A DNA stretch of 64,000 nucleotides from an uncultured delta proteobacterium (GTDB lineage Bacteria; Desulfobacterota; Desulfobacteria; Desulfobacterales; B30-G6), in the NCBI GenBank assembly GCA_963823335.1, contig CAWGLD010000001.1, positions 864,001-928,000 of the forward strand. The letters run 5' to 3'. Below the pieces are notes generated by a model, which did no database searches, was not told where the DNA came from, and saw nothing but the letters and a program-made list of their open reading frames with translations. The position numbers and the translations under genes were made by a program. Shown here piece after piece: positions 1 through 10,180 of this stretch. The stretch's first letter is position 1, and every line of letters starts with the position of its first letter.

Positions 1-460
1 GCATGGGTCAGAAGATTTTACGGTAATCACCCAGACCCAGATGCTGGAGGTTCTTGGCTCAGTGCTCAATGTTCTCACCATCGCAGTGGGGGCGCTGGGC
101 GGAATTTCACTGCTTGTCGGGAGTGTTGGCATTCTGACCATTATGATCATTGCGGTTCGGGAACGCACGGCAGAGATCGGCCTTCTCAGAGCCCTGGGCG
201 CCGGGCGACGGCAGATCATGAGCATTTTCATTGCGGAAGCCATTGTGCTGTCGAGTATCGGTGGTCTTGCCGGCCTGGTGTTGGGTTCCGGCAGCGCCTG
301 GCTGCTGGGAAAACTCGTACCGGCACTTCCGACGCATACCCCCCTGATCTATGTGCTGTTGGCCCTGGCCCTTTCCGCCTTCGTCGGGCTCATGTCCGGT
401 GTGCTCCCCGCGCGTCACGCCGCCGGGCTCGATCCGGTGGAAGCGCTGCGCGCCGAATAG
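1..460 (+). CDS. ABC transporter permease, MacB/FtsX family (C-terminal part; 5' end outside window)
   Basis: 'ERTAEIGLLRALGA' and terminal 'PARHAAGLDPVEALRAE' are typical of MacB/FtsX permeases. Confidence 0.9.
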   Translation, partial: HGSEDFTVITQTQMLEVLGSVLNVLTIAVGALGGISLLVGSVGILTIMIIAVRERTAEIGLLRALGAGRRQIMSIFIAEAIVLSSIGGLAGLVLGSGSAWLLGKLVPALPTHTPLIYVLLALALSAFVGLMSGVLPARHAAGLDPVEALRAE

Positions 461-496
461 CTCGAAAAGAAGATAAATGAATGAAATTGAGATCAA

Positions 497-1510
497 ATGA
501 AGAAGATCATAAGAAGTCTTTGCTGGTTTAGTGAGCGTCCATCAATCGCTGGCATATCTGACCGGCTCAATGAGATCGAAGGAAAACTCAGCGAGAAAGG
601 TTACCTGGTTCAGACAAAACGCGTTTGCTTCAACAATACACGCATCGATGCGCTGCGCCAGTGGGAAAATAAAGACTCACTGTATCTCAGCATCGGCACC
701 TTGAACTTTGAGTCTTTGACGGAACAGCTCACAGATTTTCTTCAAGCAGGAAATGTATCTCTCAATCTTGATCTTACAGATGGCGTTTCAGCCAAACATG
801 TTGACGTACTGCTGCGGATTATTATGGAGGTGCCGGCCAAGACATTTAATTTCACATACACATTTCATAATCGGTCTTCCAGTCCGTTTTTTCCCTCGGC
901 GACTTTCGAACATTCAGGTTTTGCTCTAGGCTTACAACCCACCGATCTTTCTGAAGGATGTCTGGATTTGACAGCATGGTTGTCTGCCATGGAAACCGTC
1001 TGGTTTGAGATCTGTGAGATTCTGGATGGTAACGAACGCTTCCTGGGTATCGACGCATCCATCGCGCCGCTGTTCAGGGGCGAGAGCAGCCTGGTCCATT
1101 TCGTGAAAAAGATCTTTGGCGATTTTTCAAAGGCGGTAACAACGGATTTTTTCATCAAGATCACAACGTTCCTGTCCACACGTAACCCAAAACCCGTGGG
1201 TCTCTGCGGGTTGATGTTGCCGTGTCTTGAGGATTTCGAACTGGCGGAGGAATACGAAGCAGGTCGATTTTCAATCGAAAGGAATGTCTTCCTCGCCCTG
1301 CATTCCGGACTCGGGGTAGACACCTATCCGGTTGGTATCGATGAGAATCCAGAGAGAATCCTGCAGATATTGTGTCTCCTCCAAAAACTCTCTGCCAAGT
1401 ATGAAAAGCCGCTGTCGGCCCGCTTTGTGTCCGATGGAAAAACCAAGATAGGGGAAGTATCCGACTTTCAGAACCCATATCTGAAGGATGTCAAGATCCG
1501 CCCTTTATAA
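497..1510 (+). CDS. DUF711 family protein (function unknown)
   Basis: 'FLGIDASIAP', 'VGLCGLMLPCLEDFELA', 'GLGVDTYP', 'KPLSARF' resemble DUF711. Confidence 0.7.
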   Translation: MKKIIRSLCWFSERPSIAGISDRLNEIEGKLSEKGYLVQTKRVCFNNTRIDALRQWENKDSLYLSIGTLNFESLTEQLTDFLQAGNVSLNLDLTDGVSAKHVDVLLRIIMEVPAKTFNFTYTFHNRSSSPFFPSATFEHSGFALGLQPTDLSEGCLDLTAWLSAMETVWFEICEILDGNERFLGIDASIAPLFRGESSLVHFVKKIFGDFSKAVTTDFFIKITTFLSTRNPKPVGLCGLMLPCLEDFELAEEYEAGRFSIERNVFLALHSGLGVDTYPVGIDENPERILQILCLLQKLSAKYEKPLSARFVSDGKTKIGEVSDFQNPYLKDVKIRPL

Positions 1511-1519
1511 AGGAACATC

Positions 1520-2770
1520 ATGCAACGTCGTTTCATCCATACAGCAGACATTCACTTGGGAAAAACCTACCGCAACTCTCCCGGGGAAGCGAAGCGTTAC
1601 CAAGATTTTTTTCGATGCCTGTCGGATATTGTAAAAAATGCTGTGCTTGAAAAAGTTGATTTCGTTCTCATCTGCGGAGACTTGTTCCACACCGGACAAA
1701 TCCTGCCCAGGACCTTTGCCAAAACCATTGAAACCCTGCAACCACTTAAAATATCACGTATTCCCTGTATTGCCATCGAAGGCAATCACGACTGGATTCA
1801 CAGACGCAACAACATCTCCTGGATGGAAGCCCTTTCCGAAATGGGTTATATCCGTTTGCTGCGTCCGGCGCGCACCAAAGATGGCGGCTATCAATTCGAC
1901 CCTTTTGATGAAGAGACCGGTATGGGTGGACATGTTGAGATCGACGGCTTGAGTATTTATGGCCTTGGTTATATCGGCACCCAGGCCGGCAGCCATGTCG
2001 AACGCATCTGTAATGCGGTCAACACCGATAACAACCTGCTGCTTTTTCATGTGGGCATCTGGAAGTATTCACCAGTTGAAATTGGCAACATGAAAATTGA
2101 AGAGGCTCATCCCCTGGCCGATAAATTCAGTTATGTCGCCCTCGGACACGGACACAAACCCTATGTGATCGAAACCCCGGACGGAAAGCCTTATGCCTAC
2201 AACCCCGGGGCACCGGAAAGGGTCAACTTCGGTGAAGAAAAATATGACAAGGGATACTATTTTGTCACCTTCGAAGATGGCAATTTTATCCCGGAATTCA
2301 GACGGACCAATCCGCGTCCCATGCTGGTCGAGATAATCAATCTGGACGGTGCTGATGATGCAGATAGAGCCCTTGCCCGATATCGAGAGCAGGTCAAGAA
2401 AAAGCTGTCACTACAGACCGATGAACGTTCGCCATTGCTGGAACTGAAATTGACCGGGCGGATCGGTTTTCATCCCTTCGAGTTAGGACGTGAACGGCTG
2501 AGACTGGCCCTTGAGGATATTGCTTCTCCATTACATGTAGAAATAAAAAACCACCTTTCGCTGGTTGCCCGGACGGGTGGAGAGGAAGTCGTCAAAAAGT
2601 CCCTGGCCGAAATTGAAAACGATGTGCTGCATGAATTGATCGGCACACACAGCCAATACAGCGGTCGTGAAGAAGCCTTGACGCGCCTGTCACTATCGAT
2701 CCGAGATTTGGTCTTGAAGGGTGATGTCGAAGATGACGAACTGCTTGGGCTTCTCCCGGATAAGGATTAA
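1520..2770 (+). CDS. sbcD: SbcD/Mre11 family DNA repair nuclease
   Basis: Metallophosphoesterase motifs HTADIHLG, GDLFH, GNHD, ALGHGH, YNPG-PER; directly upstream of an SMC ATPase. Confidence 0.9.
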   Translation: MQRRFIHTADIHLGKTYRNSPGEAKRYQDFFRCLSDIVKNAVLEKVDFVLICGDLFHTGQILPRTFAKTIETLQPLKISRIPCIAIEGNHDWIHRRNNISWMEALSEMGYIRLLRPARTKDGGYQFDPFDEETGMGGHVEIDGLSIYGLGYIGTQAGSHVERICNAVNTDNNLLLFHVGIWKYSPVEIGNMKIEEAHPLADKFSYVALGHGHKPYVIETPDGKPYAYNPGAPERVNFGEEKYDKGYYFVTFEDGNFIPEFRRTNPRPMLVEIINLDGADDADRALARYREQVKKKLSLQTDERSPLLELKLTGRIGFHPFELGRERLRLALEDIASPLHVEIKNHLSLVARTGGEEVVKKSLAEIENDVLHELIGTHSQYSGREEALTRLSLSIRDLVLKGDVEDDELLGLLPDKD

Positions 2771-2773
2771 TCC

Positions 2774-5209
2774 ATGCAGATTATTTCTATCTCTTTGAAA
2801 AACATAAAATCCCACCGCGAAAAAGAATTGCATTTTGTCAACGGGATCAATGTGCTTTCCGGTGACAACGGGGTCGGTAAAAGCACAATCTTTGAGGCCA
2901 TTGGTTACGCTTTGTTTGGCGTTGATGCCCGTGACTTTGTGGGCAACATCGAGCGTTTCATTACCATCGGTGCCAAAAAGGGCGAAATTGCCGTGACCTT
3001 TGCAACGGATGAGAGTGAAACATATCGGGTTTCCCGCAGTGTTGGCGCCGGATCCAAATGGCTGTTGGCCCGGGAGATCAGCGGAGCGTTTGAAGTTGAG
3101 GACCATGCCGGAGCCCCGGAAACGGAAGCCCGGATCAAGGAACTGCTCAAACTCGATAGCGGCCGATCCCTGGCTGATCAATATAAACTCGTGATCGGTC
3201 CCTTTCAGAATGAATTTCTGGGTCCTTTTGTACTCAAGCAGCCCACCAAACGCCAGGTTGCCTTTGATGAGATTCTTGGCATCGATGCCTGGCGTAAAAC
3301 GTTCAAAGGTACCAGCTCCCTGCAGGCGTCCATCAAGAACAAGATTGAAATAATGAACGTGGAGATAGAAGGCAAACAGGAACAGGTAACCCCCCTGCCC
3401 CAACGAAAAAAAGAACTGTCCGCTTTGGTCAAAAGCGCCGGTGCCCAGCAGAAGGTTTTATCAAAAAGGAAAAAGACCTTAACGGATACAGAAAAACAGC
3501 TTACCAAACTCGATGGACAGGAAAAAACGACAAATACCGTCAAGTCCGATATCCAGGTGCTTGATAATCGTATCCGTGATGGCGAAGGGAAAATTGCCGA
3601 CCAGAAAAAACGGGTTAAAGAGGCCGAGGCGGCCCTTGAAATCCTTGAAAAGAGTCGGGCAGGCAAGGAAGCCTTTGATGCGGCTGAAGCTGATCTTAAG
3701 TCCTTACGGAATCAGGAAATGCAGAGAAGAAAGATCGAAAAGGATATCAATGCGCTGGACAAAGAAAGTGCCCGACTCTCCCAGGCATTACAACACGAAA
3801 TCCGTGAAGTCGGGAAAACCGAAAAACAACTTGCAGAAGAAGAACGTCAGCTTAAAGGTGATCAGAAAACACTGACAGCGGATGACAGCATTACCAAAAC
3901 AGCGGCCCGGCTACCGGAGTTAAGAAAGGATGAAGAAAACCTCCTCTCCGCCAAGGGTCTTCTCGAAGGAAGACGGGCAGGTCTGCTGGAAGGGAAAGAA
4001 AAACTTGCCCAAGGCAACTGCCCCTTTTTCAAGGAAGCGTGCCAGAACATTGCCGCTAAAGCCCCACGCGATGTTTTCAGTTCCAAGGTTGACGATCTGG
4101 ACAAAGAAAGCCTTGATCTGGACAACCGTTTGCGTGGTCTTAGCCGGGAGATCACAGCGGCTGATAAAGCCCAGCATGAATTAGATTCGATTAAGGTCAG
4201 AACACAGGAGATTGAAAAACAACTCATCGTCCTATCCAGGAAGCGAAAGGACAACGATACCCGCAAGCAAGCGCTTCAGAAGACTCAAAAGCAACAGGAG
4301 GCAGCTGAAAAAAAGGCCTTAGCCCGGAAGAAAGACCTGAAGACGTACCATAAGCTGGATACGGAAATAGCAAGGATCGAAAAATTGCGGACGGAGCACC
4401 AGCTTGCCCGGGATGCTTTCCTTGCCAATCAAAAAGATGCCAAGGATCTGAACAATCGACGCAAATCCCTGGAAAAGATGTTGAAGCTATTTGATGAACG
4501 AATACAGTTCCTTGCTGCTAAGCAACAAGCGCTTGGTACGTTGGAAAAAGAATATGATTCAAGACACCACGCAGAGGTTCGCCTGATAAAAGAGCAACTG
4601 CTTGCAGAACTTGCCACAATAACGCAGAAAATGAATGCTCTCGATAAGGATAGAAAGCGCCTCGAAGAAGAGATCAAAAAAATGAAACAGATTAAAGAAG
4701 AGATCAAGACGCGCCTGGCCCAAAAGAGAAGTTTTGAAGACAAAGAAGCGCTGGTCAAATTCTTACGAAACAATATCTTCAACAATGTTTCAGCGCAGCT
4801 CTCAGAACGTTTTCGGGAAGAAATAAGTTTACGGGCCGATATCATTTATCGCAATATCGCCGAAGCCGATGAAGAGCTTCACTGGGGCGATAAATACCAG
4901 ATCGTTCTGAGGGACATGCAGAATGGCGAATTAAGGGAGCGAACCGATGACCAGTTGTCCGGCGGGCAGACCATGAGTGCTGTGGTCGCCCTGCGCCTGG
5001 CCTTGCTGCAGACCATCGGTGCGAGAGTGGCATTTTTTGATGAACCCACATCAAACCTCGATGCCGCCCGCCGAGCCAATCTGGCCAATGCCTTCCGTGC
5101 CATTGATGTGGGACGTGAAGAAGTGACAGAGCATTGGTACGACCAGCTTTTCCTGATCAGTCACGATGTTGCATTTACCGAAGTGACGGATCAGATTATT
5201 TCTCTTTAA
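2774..5209 (+). CDS. sbcC: SbcC/Rad50 family SMC-like ATPase
   Basis: Walker A GDNGVGKST, long coiled coil with central Cys pair, signature LSGGQ, Walker B FFDEPT, H-loop ISHD. Confidence 0.92.
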   Translation: MQIISISLKNIKSHREKELHFVNGINVLSGDNGVGKSTIFEAIGYALFGVDARDFVGNIERFITIGAKKGEIAVTFATDESETYRVSRSVGAGSKWLLAREISGAFEVEDHAGAPETEARIKELLKLDSGRSLADQYKLVIGPFQNEFLGPFVLKQPTKRQVAFDEILGIDAWRKTFKGTSSLQASIKNKIEIMNVEIEGKQEQVTPLPQRKKELSALVKSAGAQQKVLSKRKKTLTDTEKQLTKLDGQEKTTNTVKSDIQVLDNRIRDGEGKIADQKKRVKEAEAALEILEKSRAGKEAFDAAEADLKSLRNQEMQRRKIEKDINALDKESARLSQALQHEIREVGKTEKQLAEEERQLKGDQKTLTADDSITKTAARLPELRKDEENLLSAKGLLEGRRAGLLEGKEKLAQGNCPFFKEACQNIAAKAPRDVFSSKVDDLDKESLDLDNRLRGLSREITAADKAQHELDSIKVRTQEIEKQLIVLSRKRKDNDTRKQALQKTQKQQEAAEKKALARKKDLKTYHKLDTEIARIEKLRTEHQLARDAFLANQKDAKDLNNRRKSLEKMLKLFDERIQFLAAKQQALGTLEKEYDSRHHAEVRLIKEQLLAELATITQKMNALDKDRKRLEEEIKKMKQIKEEIKTRLAQKRSFEDKEALVKFLRNNIFNNVSAQLSERFREEISLRADIIYRNIAEADEELHWGDKYQIVLRDMQNGELRERTDDQLSGGQTMSAVVALRLALLQTIGARVAFFDEPTSNLDAARRANLANAFRAIDVGREEVTEHWYDQLFLISHDVAFTEVTDQIISL

Positions 5210-5272
5210 TACCAGGGGAAATGTCTATATATATGGATCATCTTCAAAAGAGTTGATCTAAAAGAAGGATTC

Positions 5273-5421
5273 AAGGATTCTCGGGGTCCAGGATTCGAGT
5301 GACATGCCTAAAAATTATTTGGGAAATTAAAAGGGGAGATAGGGGATATTGAGAGAATGCTGAAAACGTTGATCAAATCCCTGGAAAACAAACACTTGAA
5401 TCCTGGACTCCTTGAACCCTT
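5273..5421. repeat. Inverted-repeat element enclosing a probable four-helix-bundle gene remnant
   Basis: Arms 5273-5301 and 5393-5421 are reverse complements (24/29); the interior encodes 'MPKNY' and, out of frame, 'GKLKGEIGDIERMLKTLIKSLENKHLNP'. Confidence 0.65.
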
Positions 5422-5448
5422 TCATTTAAATTGGGAGTTGATTGTAAA

Positions 5449-5661
5449 ATGAGAGCAGTCGAAATAACACAAGAGCCCATCGAACTCTATAAAATTTTGA
5501 AATTCGAGAATATGGTCAGTAGCGGCGGAGAAGCAAAACATGTAATCTCCCAAGGCCAGGTTGCGGTAAATGGTGTGGTTGAAACCAGAAAACGAAAAAA
5601 GATATTTTCAGGTGATATCGTAGAATTTAAAGATGAAAAACTCCACATAAAAATCAAATGA
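5449..5661 (+). CDS. RNA-binding S4 domain protein (YaaA/YbcJ-like)
   Basis: 'IELYKILK...SGGEAK...VNGVVETRKRKKI..GDIV'; ATG at 5449. Confidence 0.88.
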   Translation: MRAVEITQEPIELYKILKFENMVSSGGEAKHVISQGQVAVNGVVETRKRKKIFSGDIVEFKDEKLHIKIK

Positions 5662-5670
5662 GGTTAAAGC

Positions 5671-5958
5671 ATGAAAAATATTTTTGATGGTAAAAAGACA
5701 GCAAAATTTGGGACTGAAAAAAATCCGGCTACTGTACGCGTACAAACAAAAAAGAGAGCTAAGGAATTAGAATCTGTATTTGAAGAAAACAATTGGAAAT
5801 ATACAATTGAGTTAGATCCGGAGAAACCTGAGGATACCAACGACCTGGAAATATTATTGAATCCACAAAAAACAAGAATTGCCGAAAAGAAAATAGGACG
5901 CAATGTAACCTGCCCATGCGGAAGCGGGAAAAAGCATAAAAAGTGCTGTGGCAAATAA
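5671..5958 (+). CDS. SEC-C motif protein (PBPRA1643-like)
   Basis: C-terminal '[19 protein letters not shown]' SEC-C motif; N-terminal '[15 protein letters not shown]'. Confidence 0.8.
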   Translation: MKNIFDGKKTAKFGTEKNPATVRVQTKKRAKELESVFEENNWKYTIELDPEKPEDTNDLEILLNPQKTRIAEKKIGRNVTCPCGSGKKHKKCCGK

Positions 5959-6043
5959 GGGGCAGTATCACGCAAGCTGCCTGAAATAACAATTAAACCA
6001 TATTGTTCTTCAGTCTCGTATTGACAAATTTGGCGGATCAAAC

Positions 6044-7108
6044 ATGGATTCATTAAAAATTGCGGTTATTCCAGGAGATGGAATCGGGAAGGAAGTCATC
6101 CCTGAGGGTATCCGTGCCCTGGAAGCAGCCGGAAACAAGCATGATGTCCATTTTGAGTGGACTGAATTTGACTGGTCCTGTGAGACCTATCATAAAACTG
6201 GACGCATGATGCCCGAAGACGGTATCCAACAGCTCAAGCATTTCGATGCCATCTACCTGGGTGCCGTTGGTTTTCCCGGCGTACCCGATCACATCTCGCT
6301 GTGGGGGCTGCTGCTCCCCATCAGAAGGGCCTTTGACCAGTATGTCAATCTACGCCCGGTCAGGTTGTTCGATGGCGTACCTTGCCCACTGGTCGGTAAA
6401 AAGCCGGGTGATATAGATTTCTATGTGGTACGAGAGAATGTAGAAGGCGAATATTCCACGGTGGGGGGTATTCAGTATGAAGGGACAGATCACGAGGTCG
6501 TATCCCAATTGAGCCTGTTTACCCGTCGAGGCACCGACCGTATCATCAAATTCGCATTCGAGCTTGCCCAAAGCCGACCGGCCCGACATTTGACATCAGC
6601 AACCAAATCAAATGGTATCTTCCACACCATGCCCTACTGGGACAGCCGCGTCGAAGAGATCTCCAGAACCCATCCAGATGTCACGGTCGATAAATACCAC
6701 ATTGATATCTTAACGGCAAATTTTGTGCGCATGCCCGAACATTTCGATGTCGTGGTGGGTTCCAATCTGTTTGGGGACATTCTTTCCGATTTAGGCCCCG
6801 CCTGTACCGGCACCATCGCCATTGCCCCGTCAGCAAACATCAACCCCGAAAAAACGTTTCCATCCATGTTCGAACCCGTGCATGGCTCCGCTCCTGATAT
6901 TGCCGGCCGGGGAATTGCCAATCCCATTGGAACCATCTGGGCCGGCGCCATGATGATGCAGCACCTGGGATATCCCATGCTGCACGATACGTTGATTATA
7001 GCAATTGAAACCGTATTGCGTGATCCCAAGAACCTGACGCCTGACATGGGTGGCAATGCCGGTACCCGCGAACTTGGCCAGGCCGTGGTGGCGGTTATGG
7101 CCGGATAG
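6044..7108 (+). CDS. Tartrate/D-malate dehydrogenase (decarboxylating), isocitrate/isopropylmalate DH family
   Basis: IPGDGIG, 'VPDHISLWGLL', 'TSATKSNG...MPYWD', 'GSNLFGDILSD', 'FEPVHGSAPDIAG'. Confidence 0.88.
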   Translation: MDSLKIAVIPGDGIGKEVIPEGIRALEAAGNKHDVHFEWTEFDWSCETYHKTGRMMPEDGIQQLKHFDAIYLGAVGFPGVPDHISLWGLLLPIRRAFDQYVNLRPVRLFDGVPCPLVGKKPGDIDFYVVRENVEGEYSTVGGIQYEGTDHEVVSQLSLFTRRGTDRIIKFAFELAQSRPARHLTSATKSNGIFHTMPYWDSRVEEISRTHPDVTVDKYHIDILTANFVRMPEHFDVVVGSNLFGDILSDLGPACTGTIAIAPSANINPEKTFPSMFEPVHGSAPDIAGRGIANPIGTIWAGAMMMQHLGYPMLHDTLIIAIETVLRDPKNLTPDMGGNAGTRELGQAVVAVMAG

Positions 7109-7286
7109 GATTAAAGCCGTCAATCGAACAAGCGGTTTTGTTTTTGTCGATATCGGTATTTTTCTGGCAACGTCCTAAAACCATTGAATGTATAACACAC
7201 CTGTTCATCTGAAATGTTGATTGACATTTGGTCGATTTCATGTTTTCTGACAAAATCTATTAAAATCCGATTACAAAGGAAGCTTT

Positions 7287-9245
7287 ATGAACAGCTTTTT
7301 TCTGTCGATCGTGCTAATCTGCGGTGGCGGTCTTGCCACCCTTTTTATTTGGCGAAAATTTATTTTGATGAAGACCGTTGCTGTCTTGACCATCAGTATC
7401 GGATGCGTCATTGGATTGTTCGATGCCCTGGTCAAACTGCTGAATCCAGGGCTTTATGGCGTGTCTTTTGAATACCTGAAACTATTCTCCCTTTCTTTTC
7501 ATATCGATGCACTGTCGGCCTTTTTTCTGGTCGCAATTTATGCCGTTTCTCTGCTTGCCGTAATTTACAGCTTTCACTACCTCAACAAACCCGAAAAGGC
7601 CCTCCGCGCGGCATCCGGCTATCTGTTCTTCTCCCTGTTGATCGTTTCCATGGCGCTGGTGGTGACCGCTGCCAATATGATCACCTTTATGCTTTCCTGG
7701 GAAATCATGTCCCTGTCATCATTTTTTCTGGTGATATATGACCACGAGTCTGCCGAAAACCGTAAAGCCGGATATCTATATTTTGTCTTTTCCCATGTGG
7801 GGGCCATGTTCATCCTGGCGGCTTTCGGTATTCTGTATGGGCACAGTGGCAGCTTTTTGTTCTCTTCCGGAGGTTCCATCCCTGATTCGGCAAAATTTCT
7901 GGTGCTGATACTCTCTTTTGTCGGATTCGGATCAAAGGCCGGTGTGTTTCCGTTTCATGTCTGGTTACCCCATGCCCACCCGGCCGCCCCGAGCCACATC
8001 TCCGCCGTAATGTCCGGCGTGATGATAAAGACAGGTATTTACGGCATTGTACGCCTGTATACCTCTCTGGGCCTTCATACGCCGTTATTTGGTGAAATCG
8101 TACTGGTTGCGGGAATGATTTCCGGTGTCCTGGGTGTTGTCTATGCCCTCGGCCAGCATGATATCAAACGACTATTGGCCTACCATAGTGTTGAAAATAT
8201 AGGAATTATCCTGATCGGGATCGGGATCGGCATGCTGGGTGTATCCTCCGGCAACCCGATCATGGCCGTCCTGGGGTTTTCCGGAGGCCTGCTGCATGTG
8301 TTGAATCACGCGATTTTCAAATCATTGCTGTTCATGGGCGCCGGCGTGGTAATCCAGAAAACAGGTACGCGCACCATCGATATGCTGGGCGGGTTGCTCA
8401 AAAAGATGAAAATTACCGGTCTCACATTCCTGGTGGGCTCTCTGGCTATTTCCGGTCTTCCGCCGTTTAACGGATTTGTAAGCGAATTTTTTATTTATTT
8501 AGGTGGATTTAGAGGCGTGGCCCTGGACAAGACAGCCTTTGTGCTGTGCATCATGGCCATTATCAGCCTGGCCATTATCGGTGGCTTGGCCCTGGCCTGC
8601 TTCACCAAGGTCGTGGGAGTGGTTTTCCAGGGAGAACCCAGGAGTTCGTGTGCCATGGCAGTGGATGAAAAAGGACCGGCTATGCTGGCACCCATGCTGA
8701 TTTTAGCCGCCAGCTGTGTCATCATCGGGGTATTTCCTCAGATGTTTATTGCCCTGGCGGTAAAGGCTGTTCCAGTCTCCGGGCTGGGGTATGGTCGCAT
8801 TCCCATGGAACCGTTTATGCAGATGACGGGAAATATCACCCTGGCCGCCACCATTTTCTTTGTCATTCTGCTGGCGCTTATCGCCCTGCGCCTGGTTTTC
8901 TACCGCACTAAAACCATTGGAAGCGCAGGAACCTGGGGATGCGGTTTTACACAACCAACCACCAAGATGCAGTATACCGGTACGTCCTACGCAGCTTCGA
9001 TTCTGGCATTTTTCAAGCCGGTCGCCCCTCTGCAAGAAGATCATCCCGCTATTCAGGGCCGATTTCCCCAAAAAACCCATTACCGCAGCCATGTGGATGA
9101 CATAGCCGAACGTCACATGGCGCGTGTGGTCGTCGACCCGGTTCTGTGGCTCTTCGACAGATTGCGCTGGATGCAGCATGGAGACATCCATTTGTATATC
9201 GGTTACATATTACTGGCCATTGTCGTGCTTTTATTTTTCGTTTAA
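7287..9245 (+). CDS. hyfB: HyfB/NuoL-like proton-translocating membrane subunit
   Basis: Highly hydrophobic; 'KAGVFPFHVWLPHAHPAAPSHISA', 'KRLLAYHSVENIG', 'GLPPFNGFVSE'. Confidence 0.85.
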   Translation: MNSFFLSIVLICGGGLATLFIWRKFILMKTVAVLTISIGCVIGLFDALVKLLNPGLYGVSFEYLKLFSLSFHIDALSAFFLVAIYAVSLLAVIYSFHYLNKPEKALRAASGYLFFSLLIVSMALVVTAANMITFMLSWEIMSLSSFFLVIYDHESAENRKAGYLYFVFSHVGAMFILAAFGILYGHSGSFLFSSGGSIPDSAKFLVLILSFVGFGSKAGVFPFHVWLPHAHPAAPSHISAVMSGVMIKTGIYGIVRLYTSLGLHTPLFGEIVLVAGMISGVLGVVYALGQHDIKRLLAYHSVENIGIILIGIGIGMLGVSSGNPIMAVLGFSGGLLHVLNHAIFKSLLFMGAGVVIQKTGTRTIDMLGGLLKKMKITGLTFLVGSLAISGLPPFNGFVSEFFIYLGGFRGVALDKTAFVLCIMAIISLAIIGGLALACFTKVVGVVFQGEPRSSCAMAVDEKGPAMLAPMLILAASCVIIGVFPQMFIALAVKAVPVSGLGYGRIPMEPFMQMTGNITLAATIFFVILLALIALRLVFYRTKTIGSAGTWGCGFTQPTTKMQYTGTSYAASILAFFKPVAPLQEDHPAIQGRFPQKTHYRSHVDDIAERHMARVVVDPVLWLFDRLRWMQHGDIHLYIGYILLAIVVLLFFV

Positions 9246-9259
9246 ATGAGATGATTGTT

Positions 9260-10180
9260 ATGATTAAATCCATTCTATTCTGGGTTCTGGCCATACTTCT
9301 GGCACCGTTCTTTTCAGCGGTTATTCTGAAGGTGAAGGCTTTTTTCGGCGGGAAAAAGGGTCCTCCCCTGCTGATCAATTACTACACCCTTGCCAAATTA
9401 TTCAAAAAAGGTTCGGTTTACAGCACCAGCACAACCTTCATCTTCAAACTGGGACCCATGGTTTCGCTGGGAGCTGCTGTCACAGTCCTGTTGTTTCTTC
9501 CTTTTGCTGGCCACCCACCGGTCTTTTCGTTCCAGGGTGATCTTCTTTTCATTTTGTACCTGCTGGGCCTGGGCCGTTTTTTCACCATTGCAGCTGCCAT
9601 GGACACGGCCTCGCCATTCGAAGGGATGGGAGCCGCCCGGGAAGCTTATTTCCCGATTATCTGCGAAGCTACGTTGTTCATGATACTGATTCTGTTCTAT
9701 ATTTTGACCGGCGAATTACGTCTGGCAGCCTACTTTACAGGTAACCAGCCTTTTGGATTGTGGCAGGTGGCCGGGTCGCCCATGTTGTTTGTGGTAATTG
9801 CCTTTTTCGTTATTCTGCTGGCGGAAAACTCACGCGTGCCGGTGGATGATCCAGCCACTCATCTGGAATTGACCATGATTCATGAAGTGATGGTGCTGGA
9901 TCACAGTGGACCCGACTTTGGATTTATCGAGCTGGGATCCTTCTGCAAGCTCTTTTTCTACGCATCCATTGTCGCCAGGCTGATTATACCCATTGAATCC
10001 GGCTTTCTGGCACTGAACCTCTGTCTGTTCACAGCTTCCCTGCTGGTTGTGTATATGGCTGTGGGTGTCATGGAATCGGTCATGGCCCGTTACCGGATGG
10101 ACAGGGTTCCCAAGTTCCTCCTGACCTCTTTTGCCCTGGCCTTTTTTGCAACCGTTATTACACTGGAGTTTTTAAAATGA
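9260..10180 (+). CDS. hyfC: HyfC/HycD (NuoH-like) membrane subunit
   Basis: 'GKKGPP', 'DTASPFEGMGAARE', 'ENSRVPVDDPATHLELTMIHE'; start placed just after the hyfB stop. Confidence 0.85.
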   Translation: MIKSILFWVLAILLAPFFSAVILKVKAFFGGKKGPPLLINYYTLAKLFKKGSVYSTSTTFIFKLGPMVSLGAAVTVLLFLPFAGHPPVFSFQGDLLFILYLLGLGRFFTIAAAMDTASPFEGMGAAREAYFPIICEATLFMILILFYILTGELRLAAYFTGNQPFGLWQVAGSPMLFVVIAFFVILLAENSRVPVDDPATHLELTMIHEVMVLDHSGPDFGFIELGSFCKLFFYASIVARLIIPIESGFLALNLCLFTASLLVVYMAVGVMESVMARYRMDRVPKFLLTSFALAFFATVITLEFLK

